The notes beneath the pieces were generated by a model. It made no database searches and had not been told where the DNA came from. It was given only the letters and a program-made list of their open reading frames with translations. A program made the translations under genes and the position numbers. A stretch of DNA of 57,268 bases, counting the filler, from Stramenopiles sp. TOSAG23-6 (Eukaryota), in the NCBI GenBank assembly GCA_900128565.1. It is 4 parts of 4 records of this genome, joined end to end, with 100 filler letters (N's around TTAATTAATTAA, not from the genome) between each part and the next. Parts side by side here need not be neighbours in the genome. Positions count along the whole stretch, not along the records: positions 28,797 to 43,036 come from LT636145.1; 3 more parts are not named here. One strand, written 5' to 3'. Positions 33,401 to 43,136 of the stretch are shown here, in pieces. Each line of letters starts with the position of its first letter. The first letter of the stretch is position 1.

Positions 33401-34271
33401 AAAAATATTTGAAATGCATTATGAAAACGCACTTCAACAAGTGTAGAGTGAAGTGTTCGTTTTGATGATGGGCCAGCACATGCAGATGACAAATAACCAC
33501 GAGCTTCATTGACTGTTTGTTCGCCTTGTTTGTTTAACTGTGGGAAGAAAAATGAAATTTCTCTATTTGCACTCTTTGTCGAATCTGACCCATGAACAGC
33601 ATTTCGTTGCCCATTTAAACCAAATTGAGCTCGAATTGAATCAGGAGCATCAACACGAGCGGTATTTGAGTTTGTGGGCCCACATAATAAACGCCAATGA
33701 CTGATAGCACCAGGTTTGGCAAGCACCATTGCATGAAGAGGACCAGATGACATGTATTTTGGAAAAATATTTCAAAATGTTTTCTGTTAGGTACAAAATT
33801 TCGTATGAAAAATAAATTCGATTTTTTTGTTAAAAAAAAAAATAAAACATACATGAAGTCTGTAAGACCATTAAAGAAAGACCTTTTTGAATGTTCCGCA
33901 TAAAACATTTCAGCACGAGATTTTGTTAATGTAACATTTAATTTCTGCACTATCGTAAATCCAGCATTCTCCACCATTGCGACAATTTTTGCTGCATTAT
34001 TATTAGCAAAAGCATCCGGTTTGATCAGCGCAAGAGTTTTTTCCACTTCCAATCCATCAGGAAACCAAAATTTAAGTTCCCGATCAGCGTCGTTGCCAGT
34101 GGCAGATCCATGTGCTGCATTAGATTGCTTATTTTCTCCATATTGGGCTCTAATTGTATCAGGTGCAATTTTGCGTGCCTCGTCACTATCAGTTGGGCCA
34201 ATAAACTGGCGCCACGCATCCACAGCATTTTCTTTTTCTAATGCTAAAATTACAGTTTTCCCCGAAGACAT
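30498..34271 (-). CDS. NDP kinase domains + Dpy-30 motif + five adenylate/UMP-CMP kinase-like domains, 5' part missing; exons 34271-33853, 33751-33433, 33338-30498
   Basis: NAAHGSA and NAVHGSD NDPK motifs, EKTLALIKPDA, Dpy-30 TLVE|GLTELCKEKP...WLGYWL. P-loops GGPGSGKGT, GASSSGKTT, GPPGAGKTT plus two degenerate ones. Confidence 0.9.
33339..33432 (-). other. Repeated-family intron, GT...AT (94 nt)
   Basis: AA|GTGCGT...GTACCTAAC...CACAATATAT|GGA. Removal restores the Dpy-30 motif. The next AG is out of frame. Confidence 0.85.
33752..33852 (-). other. Repeated-family intron, GT...AT (101 nt)
   Basis: AT|GTATGT...GTACCTAAC...AAAATACAT|G. Removal restores the NDPK motif LTDFMSSGP. Confidence 0.9.
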
Positions 34272-34364
34272 ATGTATTTTAGAAAAATATTTCAAAAAAA
34301 ATTCGTTAGGTACAAAATTTCGTAAGAAAAAAAATTCAAATTTGAACAAAAAAAAACAACATAC
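34272..34364 (-). other. Repeated-family intron, GT...AT (93 nt), joining two unrelated coding regions
   Basis: AT|GTATGT...GTACCTAAC...AAAATACAT|ATG. The upstream exon is phase 2 and the downstream exon is phase 0. Confidence 0.75.
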
Positions 34365-35788
34365 ATGGGTATATTAATCATGAGGGACAATCGTTCACCA
34401 GAAAATTGCATCTCTTGAAAAGTATCATCATATTTTTGTATTGAAATACGATCCATATCCATAAATAATGAAAGTGCCTCTCCATGTGATACGAGCCATT
34501 CAACAGCACCATTTCTATCATTTTTATAGACAGATAAAACTTGAAGAACGATATGAATAGGATAGCCCATATTACTAATCATTTGAGCCGAAGGTATTGC
34601 TTCACAATCATTTGAATATTTTGCATCTGTCATCACTTCAGAAATGCATTCATTGTTTTTGTGTGTGTCATCAATATTACGAGGTTTCTTCAAAGGGCAT
34701 CGTTTGTCCGATGGTGCATGTATAGGAACTTGAAGAGAGTTCATGATACGCAGCATATGTACCGCCATGTTTGATATCGGCGTCGGTAGTAATATACCCT
34801 GGACAACATTTTCCGAACTATTATTGGGTAATCCAAAAGTAAGAAGCGTTAAAACTAATTCCAGCATAATCGTAGCTGACCCAAGAGCTACAGCTGACGC
34901 TTGTAATGTTAATAACAGACAAATTCTTTTTTGTTTTATTTTTTCATCATTGAAACTAAGAATACCCTGTTGCAGTGATGCAAGGATCTTACTCATTTCT
35001 TCACACATTTGATGCCTTTTTGGATGATACAGGAGAGCGCATGGTGCAACATCAGTAAGTGATAAGAGGTTGTCCTCGATATCTGTAGAATTTTCATTGG
35101 GGTTTTGTAGTAAAAGGTATAAATTTTCAAGATTATTTTTTAACCACTCAATATATAAAGGAATGCTTCGTTTAGGGTCAGCATCACCACTCTGTGCACC
35201 AGCAGAATCTTTGGAAATATGATATTGTGAAACTGATACTAAAGCTGCAAGTGCATTGGAACCTACACAACCAAGAAGCTGCGGTGTTTTTTTATAACAA
35301 ATTGGGGGTGAATGTTTTTTTTTCCTTCTAATATTCTCAAGCTCGTCAAGAGCAGCCCAAACACTCAACAGCAATAACTTGCGACGCATGAAAGCCGTGG
35401 TTAATATCGGTATAACTGATTCCTCCCCTAAACCATATGGAGAGACTAATATAGCTAACTCAGCACAGGCGGCCGAAATGACGCAAGAACTTCGACACTC
35501 CACTCCAGCAGCTATAGCACGATATTGTAATGACCTTGCTCTTGCAATTTGCGAACTCATTTTTGCTACGCATATACTAAGCGATCTAGAGAATAAAGAT
35601 GAACTTTTTGCTATTTTGAGTAGTTCTTCGCCAATAACATCGGCTACAAAAATATCATCAATAATTGCATCAGTGAGTATTCGAAACAGCTCTGTCTTTT
35701 TATGCTCAACTAGAGCAAGTAATCGTAAAGCAACACGATGAATTAGCTTCTGCATACTATGATCTATATTATCCTCCCCATAACTCAT
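34365..35788 (-). CDS. First exon of a large protein with a UBA-like motif (possibly a giant E3 ligase N-terminus)
   Basis: Helical region LLLTLQASAVALGSATIMLELV, and UBA-like MISNMGYP...ND.NGAVEWL. Ends at an intron donor. Confidence 0.6.
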
Positions 35789-36053
35789 CTTATTCGCATA
35801 ACAACGTTCTGCAAATCATAAAATTAAACTATAAGATGATTTGTGTGTAGCCTCTTTTTTTTCGAATGACTAGCGAAGCTTGCTTAGCCCTTACAGTTTC
35901 ACTTTTTGGAAAAATCAGTTTTTTTCGTGTCACGGCTTCGCAGAGCGGAACCTTGTCGTTGTGTTTCAAAGTTCAAACTTGTGTTACACTTTTGCTAATA
36001 CTGGAATAGTTACCAGCTGTCTATTTACTCATACACTCGTATAATTGAGAATA

Positions 36054-36614
36054 ATGCCTGTGATATGTATAGGACCACTTTGTGTACCTATTTGGGGCCT
36101 TCTTCCAGTTATAGCCCTTTTTTTTCAGCGAATATGGAATTGGTTTATGGGTAAAAATTCGTTGATTAATAAGCCTGTAGATAGGGAGAAGGGTCGTGGC
36201 GGTGTCATTGAGGTCAGAACCAAGATAAACTGGATGGCGGCGCGCAAAAGCGCAGTTGTCCACGATAGACCAATGATAGTCCAGTGGAGTACACCTACGT
36301 GTGGACCATGTAAGAAGATATACCCATTATTTGAGTCTTTAAGTCATCTATATAAAGATCTTATCTTCGTGAAAGTTGGAGACTCACAAAGCGTTGAGCT
36401 GTCAGGCATAGCGAAAAGTTGCGCAGTCGCAGCTTTCCCAACATTTCAAATGTATCACGGTGAAGAAAACAGTCCATGTTTAGAATCATTCATCGGAGGT
36501 TATGAAACACAATTGCGAGAGTTAGTTCAAAAATATTCAATTTGCAATCCCTCCAATATAGCAACTTCGAAGTTTGATCTTGCTCCTTCCAACTGTAAAG
36601 GTGGGCAATGATAA
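36054..36614 (+). CDS. Membrane-anchored thioredoxin (CGPC), candidate selenoprotein ending CKGGQ-U
   Basis: Hydrophobic N-terminus, WSTPTCGPCK and AFPTF motifs. TGA 36609-36611 is followed directly by TAA 36612-36614. Confidence 0.85.
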
Positions 36615-36676
36615 TTCATTTCCTACCATAATGTTATGCAAATACCATATTGGTAGAATCTAGTGATTTACGATAC

Positions 36677-36735
36677 TGTAGCCATTGACAGCTTTGTTCA
36701 AAATCTTATGCTGAAGAATAGAGCCTGAGGTTGCA
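36677..36735 (+). promoter_or_regulatory. SECIS-like element in 3' UTR
   Basis: Helix I TGTAGC/GTTGCA, core TGAC (36686) / TGAG (36726), helix II GCTTTGTTC/GAATAGAGC, unpaired AAAA at 36700. The base before TGA is T rather than the usual A. Confidence 0.65.
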
Positions 36736-36846
36736 TGTTTCGAAGTCAATTTAATAAAAAAATAAATACTGAAAAGTATAAGAAATTGAAATTTTTAATA
36801 TGCAAGTACCTTAAAGTATTTGTACACGCTTGATATTTGCGATCTA

Positions 36847-39203
36847 TTATGCATTGCTTCCTTCCCTTACGAAAGCAAACTTACTAAATCGCATGCTAGG
36901 TGCATTCCCAAGATTTCGTGATGACTCTGTTTTAATAGTGAATTGGATTTTTCTATGTTTCATTTCCAATATTGGAGTTTCAGGAATAAAACTGATTTCG
37001 CTTTCTTCTGAGCATTGGGATTGTTCAATAGTTTCTTCTGTAGTAGATTGAAGCATTACTTCACTCTTTATATTATTACAACTAGAATTTGTATTTATCA
37101 ATCTTCGTTTTTGTTTGGGTTGCGAAGATTCAGATTCGTCTTCAACTGTCGAAGAGCATCGTTTCGTTGGCTTTTTTTTATCTTGAAGTTCCTCAACAGC
37201 AAAAGTATTAGTACTATTTTTATGACACAATGAAGATTTCTCAAAACTACTATTATGATATATGTTGCATAGGTTTGGATCGTTCTGTTCATTTTTAGTT
37301 ATCTTTTGATCACATATGAATCTATTTTGTGATGTCATTCTTTGAAGAACGAGTTCATTTACTGGTGCCGTAGCAGCAGAACTTCGAGATTCTTGTCGAA
37401 TCATAGCAAATGACTTATTCATATGATCACTATGAGGTACCTGAGTGTTGCTTTTACTTTGACGAAATTTATCTAGACGATTTTTGATAGATTTTGTTGN
37501 ATGATTTTTTTTTTGGCTTTTTATTTCTCGTTCACTTTTATCATCGTTTTTATTCGTCTGTTGACGGAAATCGAATCGCGAAAATTGTGACAAATTATTA
37601 GTATACTTTTGTTTGCGGCTTCTTTTACTGGCACCACTATTAGAATTGAACCTTTTTAATGAAGGTATAGAAGATTTTATAGATGTACTAGATTTTCCAT
37701 TTGAAGAGTTCCAGAATCGACTAACTCCCAGACTCTTCCTACTATTTGAAGAATTTGACGTATTTTCAGAATATTTATCATTTTCATGTACATCGGAATT
37801 AATTGAAGTTTCTCTCGGTGCTTTAAAGGGAAATGCAACTTTAGCAGAGTCTGGAACTTTCGGGTGATGTGAAGCATATTTTGTGTTACGATGGCCTAAC
37901 CCTATCATTTGATTTTTACTTTTGTTTACAGTTGAAGGATTTTTACTTTTATTTACATTTGAAGGATAATTTCTATTATCTGTTCGCGTGAAGAAGTTAT
38001 CTATGGTAGCATTCTGACTTATTTTTGACCCAACTTGTTTAGCATCTTTACGAGAATTTGTAGTTGTAGGAATATTTATAGTCTCATAAGGTTTTTTAGT
38101 GATGGGATCAATTTCTCCTATTGCAATTGCGTGGACAATATCATCATCAATAAGCGGACCAAGAAAGTCAATGGCTTGAGGTGGCAATCTTTCCATTTCT
38201 TCTGGAAGTGGATGCAACGGAATGATAGATTTCTTGCATGGACTATATACTCTATGATGAAGAAACGTAAGTCTCGCGCGTTTGAACATCTTATCATGTA
38301 TTGTGTGAAATAATTTAGAAATGTGGAATTAGTGAAAAAAAATGTTAGGGACTAAAAAAAAAGATAAATTTAAAATTCACCATTAAAAAGTACATAATCT
38401 AATGGAATATGTTTTAACCTCCCATTTAATCGTAGTTTTGATAGCAATTGTTTTGTGTTTCGAGCCCCGGAAGTCGCTCGATGGGCAGTAATAATTCCCA
38501 TTCCTTTCAAATTTGGGAGGTAGTCACATCCGGCGAGAATGCACATGTTGAGTAATTTATCTGACGTCCAATTTAGTAGAGATATTTTTTCACAACTTCC
38601 CAAGTTGTTGCGATCATATTCCTGGCCACACAATGTATCTGGATTTAATTTAAACAAAACTTTCTTACAACCATACGGGATACAGTCTGAGTCTTCAGAG
38701 ATTACAAAATCGACAAGATCATTCATAGACATATATGCCATTTGGGCGTCTGCTTCATAAGGTGCGACTATATATTGCAAATTACGCTTCTTCATCTCCT
38801 GTATAACTTCATACGCCATTTGAGGACTGACATCAACGGACATTGCAAAGCATTGATTCGCTGCACTATATTCACCTTTTCGGGCGAATTCTTCAGCCTT
38901 TCGTTTGTTCTCGGCACGCGATTCAGCGCGTTTTTCTTCGGTACCAGATTTACTTGGCAATGGCCCCCCATCAAATATCATGATAGGCTTTACACCATAA
39001 CGTATCAAATCATCTAGGCGTTTCATGATGTATTGAATATGTTTCCTTGTCGGCCGACCGTGGGCAAGGTCACTCGCACAGCAGTACACTGACCTATGCA
39101 GCCACGCGTATCCGTCAATTGCACAAGTTTGACCAGCATATGAAGACAAGTGTACATCATCTAACACATCCTTGATTGCTGAAAGTAAGCCCCCGATACC
39201 CAT
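36847..39203 (-). CDS. EXO1: Exonuclease 1 (XPG/RAD2 family); exons 39203-38394 and 38295-36847
   Basis: MGIGGLL, AIDGYAWLHR, IFDGGPLPSK, VAPYEADAQMAY, SEDSD, CILAGCDYL, and spliced PLDY|DKMFKRARLTF. Confidence 0.95.
38296..38393 (-). other. Intron, GT...AT (98 nt), diverged family member
   Basis: AT|GTACTT...CCCTAAC...CACTAAT...CACAATACAT|GAT. The AT acceptor keeps EXO1 Y-x-x-x-F spacing. An in-frame AAG 6 nt downstream would delete two residues. Confidence 0.75.
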
Positions 39204-39504
39204 GCTACAAATAGAACACCAGTACTATTCGTTTACACTCTTTCTTTTCGTTGTTATTGTACTAAGAATAAGAATATACTATTTTTAGGACTCCTAATTG
39301 ATGGATTTCAGATTCCAAAAATCGGCCGCGGCCAAAAATTATTGAAAAATAATACGTTCAAAAAATCAAGTGAAAATTCTAAAATCGAAAAAAATTCTAT
39401 AATCAATCAATATAGCATATGCATTATCTATTTATTATTATTACCAATCAATCTAAAATCATAATTTTCACTCTTAGAAATGATTCTAATGAAACGTTAC
39501 TAAT

Positions 39505-40050
39505 TTATTTGACCCATGGAGGGTGATGTGAGTCACTACCAAAACCATTAATCTGTCCACTAAAATTATTCGCTAAAGCATCTTCAAGCATCCTTACTTG
39601 TTTTTCATATTCTTGAAGCCGAGTTCGAAGTAACTTCATTTCTTGGAAACCTTCTTGCTGGCGTCGCACAAGTACTTTTGCACTATCAGTCAATGTAGCA
39701 ACATGATGCTTGAGTTCAATGTTACGTGCTATCATATCATTTATTTGTTTATCTTTTTGTTCTACTATATCAGTCATTTGACGCTCTAGTACGTCTCTTG
39801 CAGCAGTGTAACTCTCACTTAACTGTACATTCTGCGCAGAAAGTTCATCTAACTGTGCTCTACTTTGACGCAAAGCTTGGTCCCTTTCCCGTATAACAGT
39901 CTCCAAGTGTTCTATACGGGACAATCCTGCTGAATGAGACATTTTCCCACGGTGGCAATTTCTTCTACCAGTATTTGAAGAGCGGGTTGGCGTCCCACTG
40001 TTGGTAGGATCAAAACCCATTCCTGCAAGTCTGTTTGACAGCTGCTCCAT
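39505..40050 (-). CDS. Small coiled-coil protein
   Basis: 181-aa ATG ORF with a coiled-coil core. Confidence 0.65.
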   Translation of the reverse strand: MEQLSNRLAGMGFDPTNSGTPTRSSNTGRRNCHRGKMSHSAGLSRIEHLETVIRERDQALRQSRAQLDELSAQNVQLSESYTAARDVLERQMTDIVEQKDKQINDMIARNIELKHHVATLTDSAKVLVRRQQEGFQEMKLLRTRLQEYEKQVRMLEDALANNFSGQINGFGSDSHHPPWVK

Positions 40051-40361
40051 TATTTAACTATCACTTGAAGGATATACTACTCAGATGAATGAAGAACAAC
40101 TTTCAGTTCACAGTTGAGGTACTTGGCCAGTCAAGTTTGTATGCAGTGACTGTAGTCGTTGCCAGTCAAGTTTTTGTGCATGCCAATCAGTTACAAAAAA
40201 AAGTCCTCAGACTTTTTGGGTTAGGGTTGGGGTTTCTTTAAAGTGTCAGTTTAAATGCATCTTGTCAATTGTAGTAGCAAATACGGTACCGTTAATTCTG
40301 TGTATTTCAACAGTTCTACGATACGCCCCGGTATCTTGCATATCATTCAGTGAAAACACAT

Positions 40362-40436
40362 TGAATGCTCGGATAAACTTGATATCCCTTGGAGCATAGC
40401 ATTTAAGGGAAGGTTATAAATTTATCCGAGCATTCA
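40362..40436. repeat. 16-bp perfect inverted repeat with inner 6-bp stem
   Basis: TGAATGCTCGGATAAA (40362) / TTTATCCGAGCATTCA (40421); inner TCCCTT/AAGGGA. Confidence 0.8.
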
Positions 40437-41022
40437 CAAGCTACAAATATTTTTTTGTTGAAGATGGATGAAGCACTAGTGGATGGCGTGCTTTCAAGCT
40501 GGACCAAGACAAAAGTATCCGATACTGTCAGACTTTTTCAGAGTGAGAAATGTGGGATTCCATGTAGTACTTTATCGAAACATTTTAGTTATTCGTCCGT
40601 ATGAAAGAACCAAAGTCAAATAAAATATAGTGAAATTGATGTTCACTCAGATAATGAACGAGAAATATGGGGCTACTTTACATTTGGGGAACGCTACAAT
40701 CTATGAGTGAACTTTTTGGAGGTCTTGGTAATTCAAACACACAAGATATATGAAAATGTATTCAATTGAAACGAAATTTTACTGATAATAAAGTTGCTTA
40801 TCAGTCAGAGTATTGTTGATTATATTGATCATATTGAAAAAAACATAAAAAAAAATCGAACGCCTTTTTTGTACCAAATTTTATACGTAACAAATTTCAA
40901 AATTTTTGTTCTGATTTGTTCAATTTGTTCATTTTTTTTTTTCGCTTGCTAATATTGTGATTTGTTTTGTGATTTGAAAGGTTTCGTGACAAAATCAACT
41001 CATAAAATACGAAATAATTGAA

Positions 41023-41102
41023 NNNNNNNNNNNNNNNNNNNNNNNNNNNNNNNNNNNNNNNNNNNNNNNNNNNNNNNNNNNNNNNNNNNNNNNNNNNNNN
41101 NN
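41023..41102. other. Assembly gap (80 N)
   Basis: Plain N run without linker. Confidence 0.95.
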
Positions 41103-42410
41103 TTTGAGTCAAATTTGGGTTCTTGTGGTTCTGCTGGTTGGCATTGTATTACCTCTTCGACTGGGGTATGATCCCACCGTTGTCGAAGTGATGGCATGTC
41201 GGGACAACTTATTAAATTTTTCATATTATCTGAAAGAGAATTTTGATAATATTCATTTGACACACATAGACAAGTTCTTTTTAATTCATCTTTGTGAACA
41301 AATTCTTCAGAGAACATTGTTTCATCAATGCGAAATGAAGTTTCTTGTCTTATGGAATGTAAAAAATATTTTTTTTTGTACAATTTGTTAGGTACAAAAT
41401 TTAGTATGAAAAAAAAACATTTCAACTAAAAAAAAAAAAACCTACATGCTAAACCCTGGATGCTCTTCTATGGCACAGTCAATTATTGGCAGTGGTGATT
41501 CACTATTGTCAATGAAACCATTCTCTCGTGCTTTATTAAGCTCTGATGTTATATTCTCCATGAGATGTATAAGCGAAACTTCATTCAATTTATCTGTCAA
41601 CATGTTTCCAGCTGCTCTAAATTTAGGGTATATTGTGATTGTTTTTCCAAGTAAATTGTTATTTCTCCAATAATAATTTTTTTTAATGGGTTTGTTATTT
41701 TTTGTTGACCAACCCGGGAAATCTCGGTAATTGGAGCGAGACAAGTCTTGATTATCATTGTCAGTATTTATAATCTTGAAACAAAACTCCATATCCATAA
41801 GTTTATCCATGACAACTCTCAGTGCATTAGCCATAACTTCAGGCGTTCCAATGGGTGGAGAATAATGCAATTTCATTGGTTGCCAATATCTTCTTCTATT
41901 TTTAATTACCTCCGATTGTGTAGGATTAAACAAATCAAAACTTGAGGAGGTAAAACCCCATTTTGCGTTATCCTGCCATTCTTCGATAACTTTTGCATAC
42001 TCTACTGCATAAGCATAATCTGAGGAATCATCAGATTGATCATTTTCATAAAAAGGAATATTATCTTGGCAAAATGTTTTCAATTGACCTCGTGAATAAA
42101 AATGTGTCGTTAACGGCGCTAAACCAGATAGCAAAATTTTCGCTTTATTGAGACTCTCCTTTATCTTCTCTATTCCCTTTATCGAATGATCAGCATTTTG
42201 TTTTTGTTGTGCGTTGCTGTCCAAAAGTCCCAAAGTTTTACTGGAGGTAATCATTATTTCATCATTTAGTTTTTGAAGTTCAAATAGTTTCGAAAGAAAC
42301 GACGAAAGGTCGTTTATTTTTATGCCTTGTATGCCTTCCTTGGCGTGTACAACAAACTCTGTGTTATACAGTATAACCAGGAAAATAAAGAATACATAGG
42401 TTGTTTTCAT
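41103..42410 (-). CDS. Secreted phosphothreonine lyase-like protein (OspF/SpvC or LanL/LanKC lyase fold); exons 42410-41446 and 41351-41103, 3' end in gap
   Basis: Signal peptide, then ordered motifs MKLHYS, FCFKII, GKTITIYP, ELNKARENG...PIIDC and spliced FSI|RQE. Confidence 0.6.
41352..41445 (-). other. Repeated-family intron, GT...AT (94 nt)
   Basis: AT|GTAGGT...AAATTTTGTACCTAAC...TACATTCCAT|A, phase 2. An in-frame AAG 3 nt downstream would delete the motif Arg. Confidence 0.7.
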
Positions 42411-42737
42411 TGTGAAATACGTTGCTTGTTTTGTCTGTTTTTCTGTGTAATAGTATACTTCTACAAGTTTTATAACTCAGTGAATAAAGTAAGGAAGATA
42501 TGCATTGCGAGAAAAAAACAGTCGAACGCGACGGTTATAATGAAAACGACAATTTTATAACCGCTCTCCACGAAATCACTGCTATCCAGAACAGGTTTGT
42601 CCCAGCAAATCCCATTCACTACAATCGAGTCAGTTATACTCACAAATATGCCGAAATATGCACAAATTGCAAGAAGATGTTTGCACCACGTTTATCTCGA
42701 GATTGACTGAATCAGTTATTATAAGACTTAACGCCAG

Positions 42738-43036
42738 ATGCGTTTGCAAACACTTGAAGTTCAATTGTATTTATTGACATTAATTTCTTTTGCTTTGTTT
42801 GTAACAAATGCACAAGCGGCAGTAATATCCGCGGAACCGTTGATTCGAGAACTAACGGCTCCAGAAATATCAGAAATATATGCGAAGCGGCACAATATTC
42901 CCAACGCTCTGCCTCTTAAGTATCACAAATACTTTCGCAACTTTCGTCTCCTTCAAAAATTGGATCATGGACTCGGGCTAGTCTATGTAGCAGATGATTT
43001 TACAACTGATACAAAAGTTGTCCTTAAATTTGTAAA
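42738..43036 (+). CDS. Signal peptide followed by protein-kinase N-lobe-like sequence, truncated by contig end
   Basis: Hydrophobic LYLLTLISFALFVTNAQA, then FRLLQKLDHGLGLVYVADDFTTDTKVVLK resembling subdomains I-II. Confidence 0.5.
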
Positions 43037-43136
43037 NNNNNNNNNNNNNNNNNNNNNNNNNNNNNNNNNNNNNNNNNNNNTTAATTAATTAANNNNNNNN
43101 NNNNNNNNNNNNNNNNNNNNNNNNNNNNNNNNNNNN
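43037..43136. other. Artificial contig linker
   Basis: 44 N + TTAATTAATTAA + 44 N. Confidence 0.95.

Noticed and set aside
40362..40436. Hairpin as a second SECIS
   Set aside because: No tandem GA/GA core on either strand and no linked in-frame TGA gene.
40850..40900. Degenerate match to the intron core (GTACCAAATTTTATACGTAAC)
   Set aside because: No clear donor, acceptor or flanking exons. It may be a decayed copy but cannot be called.
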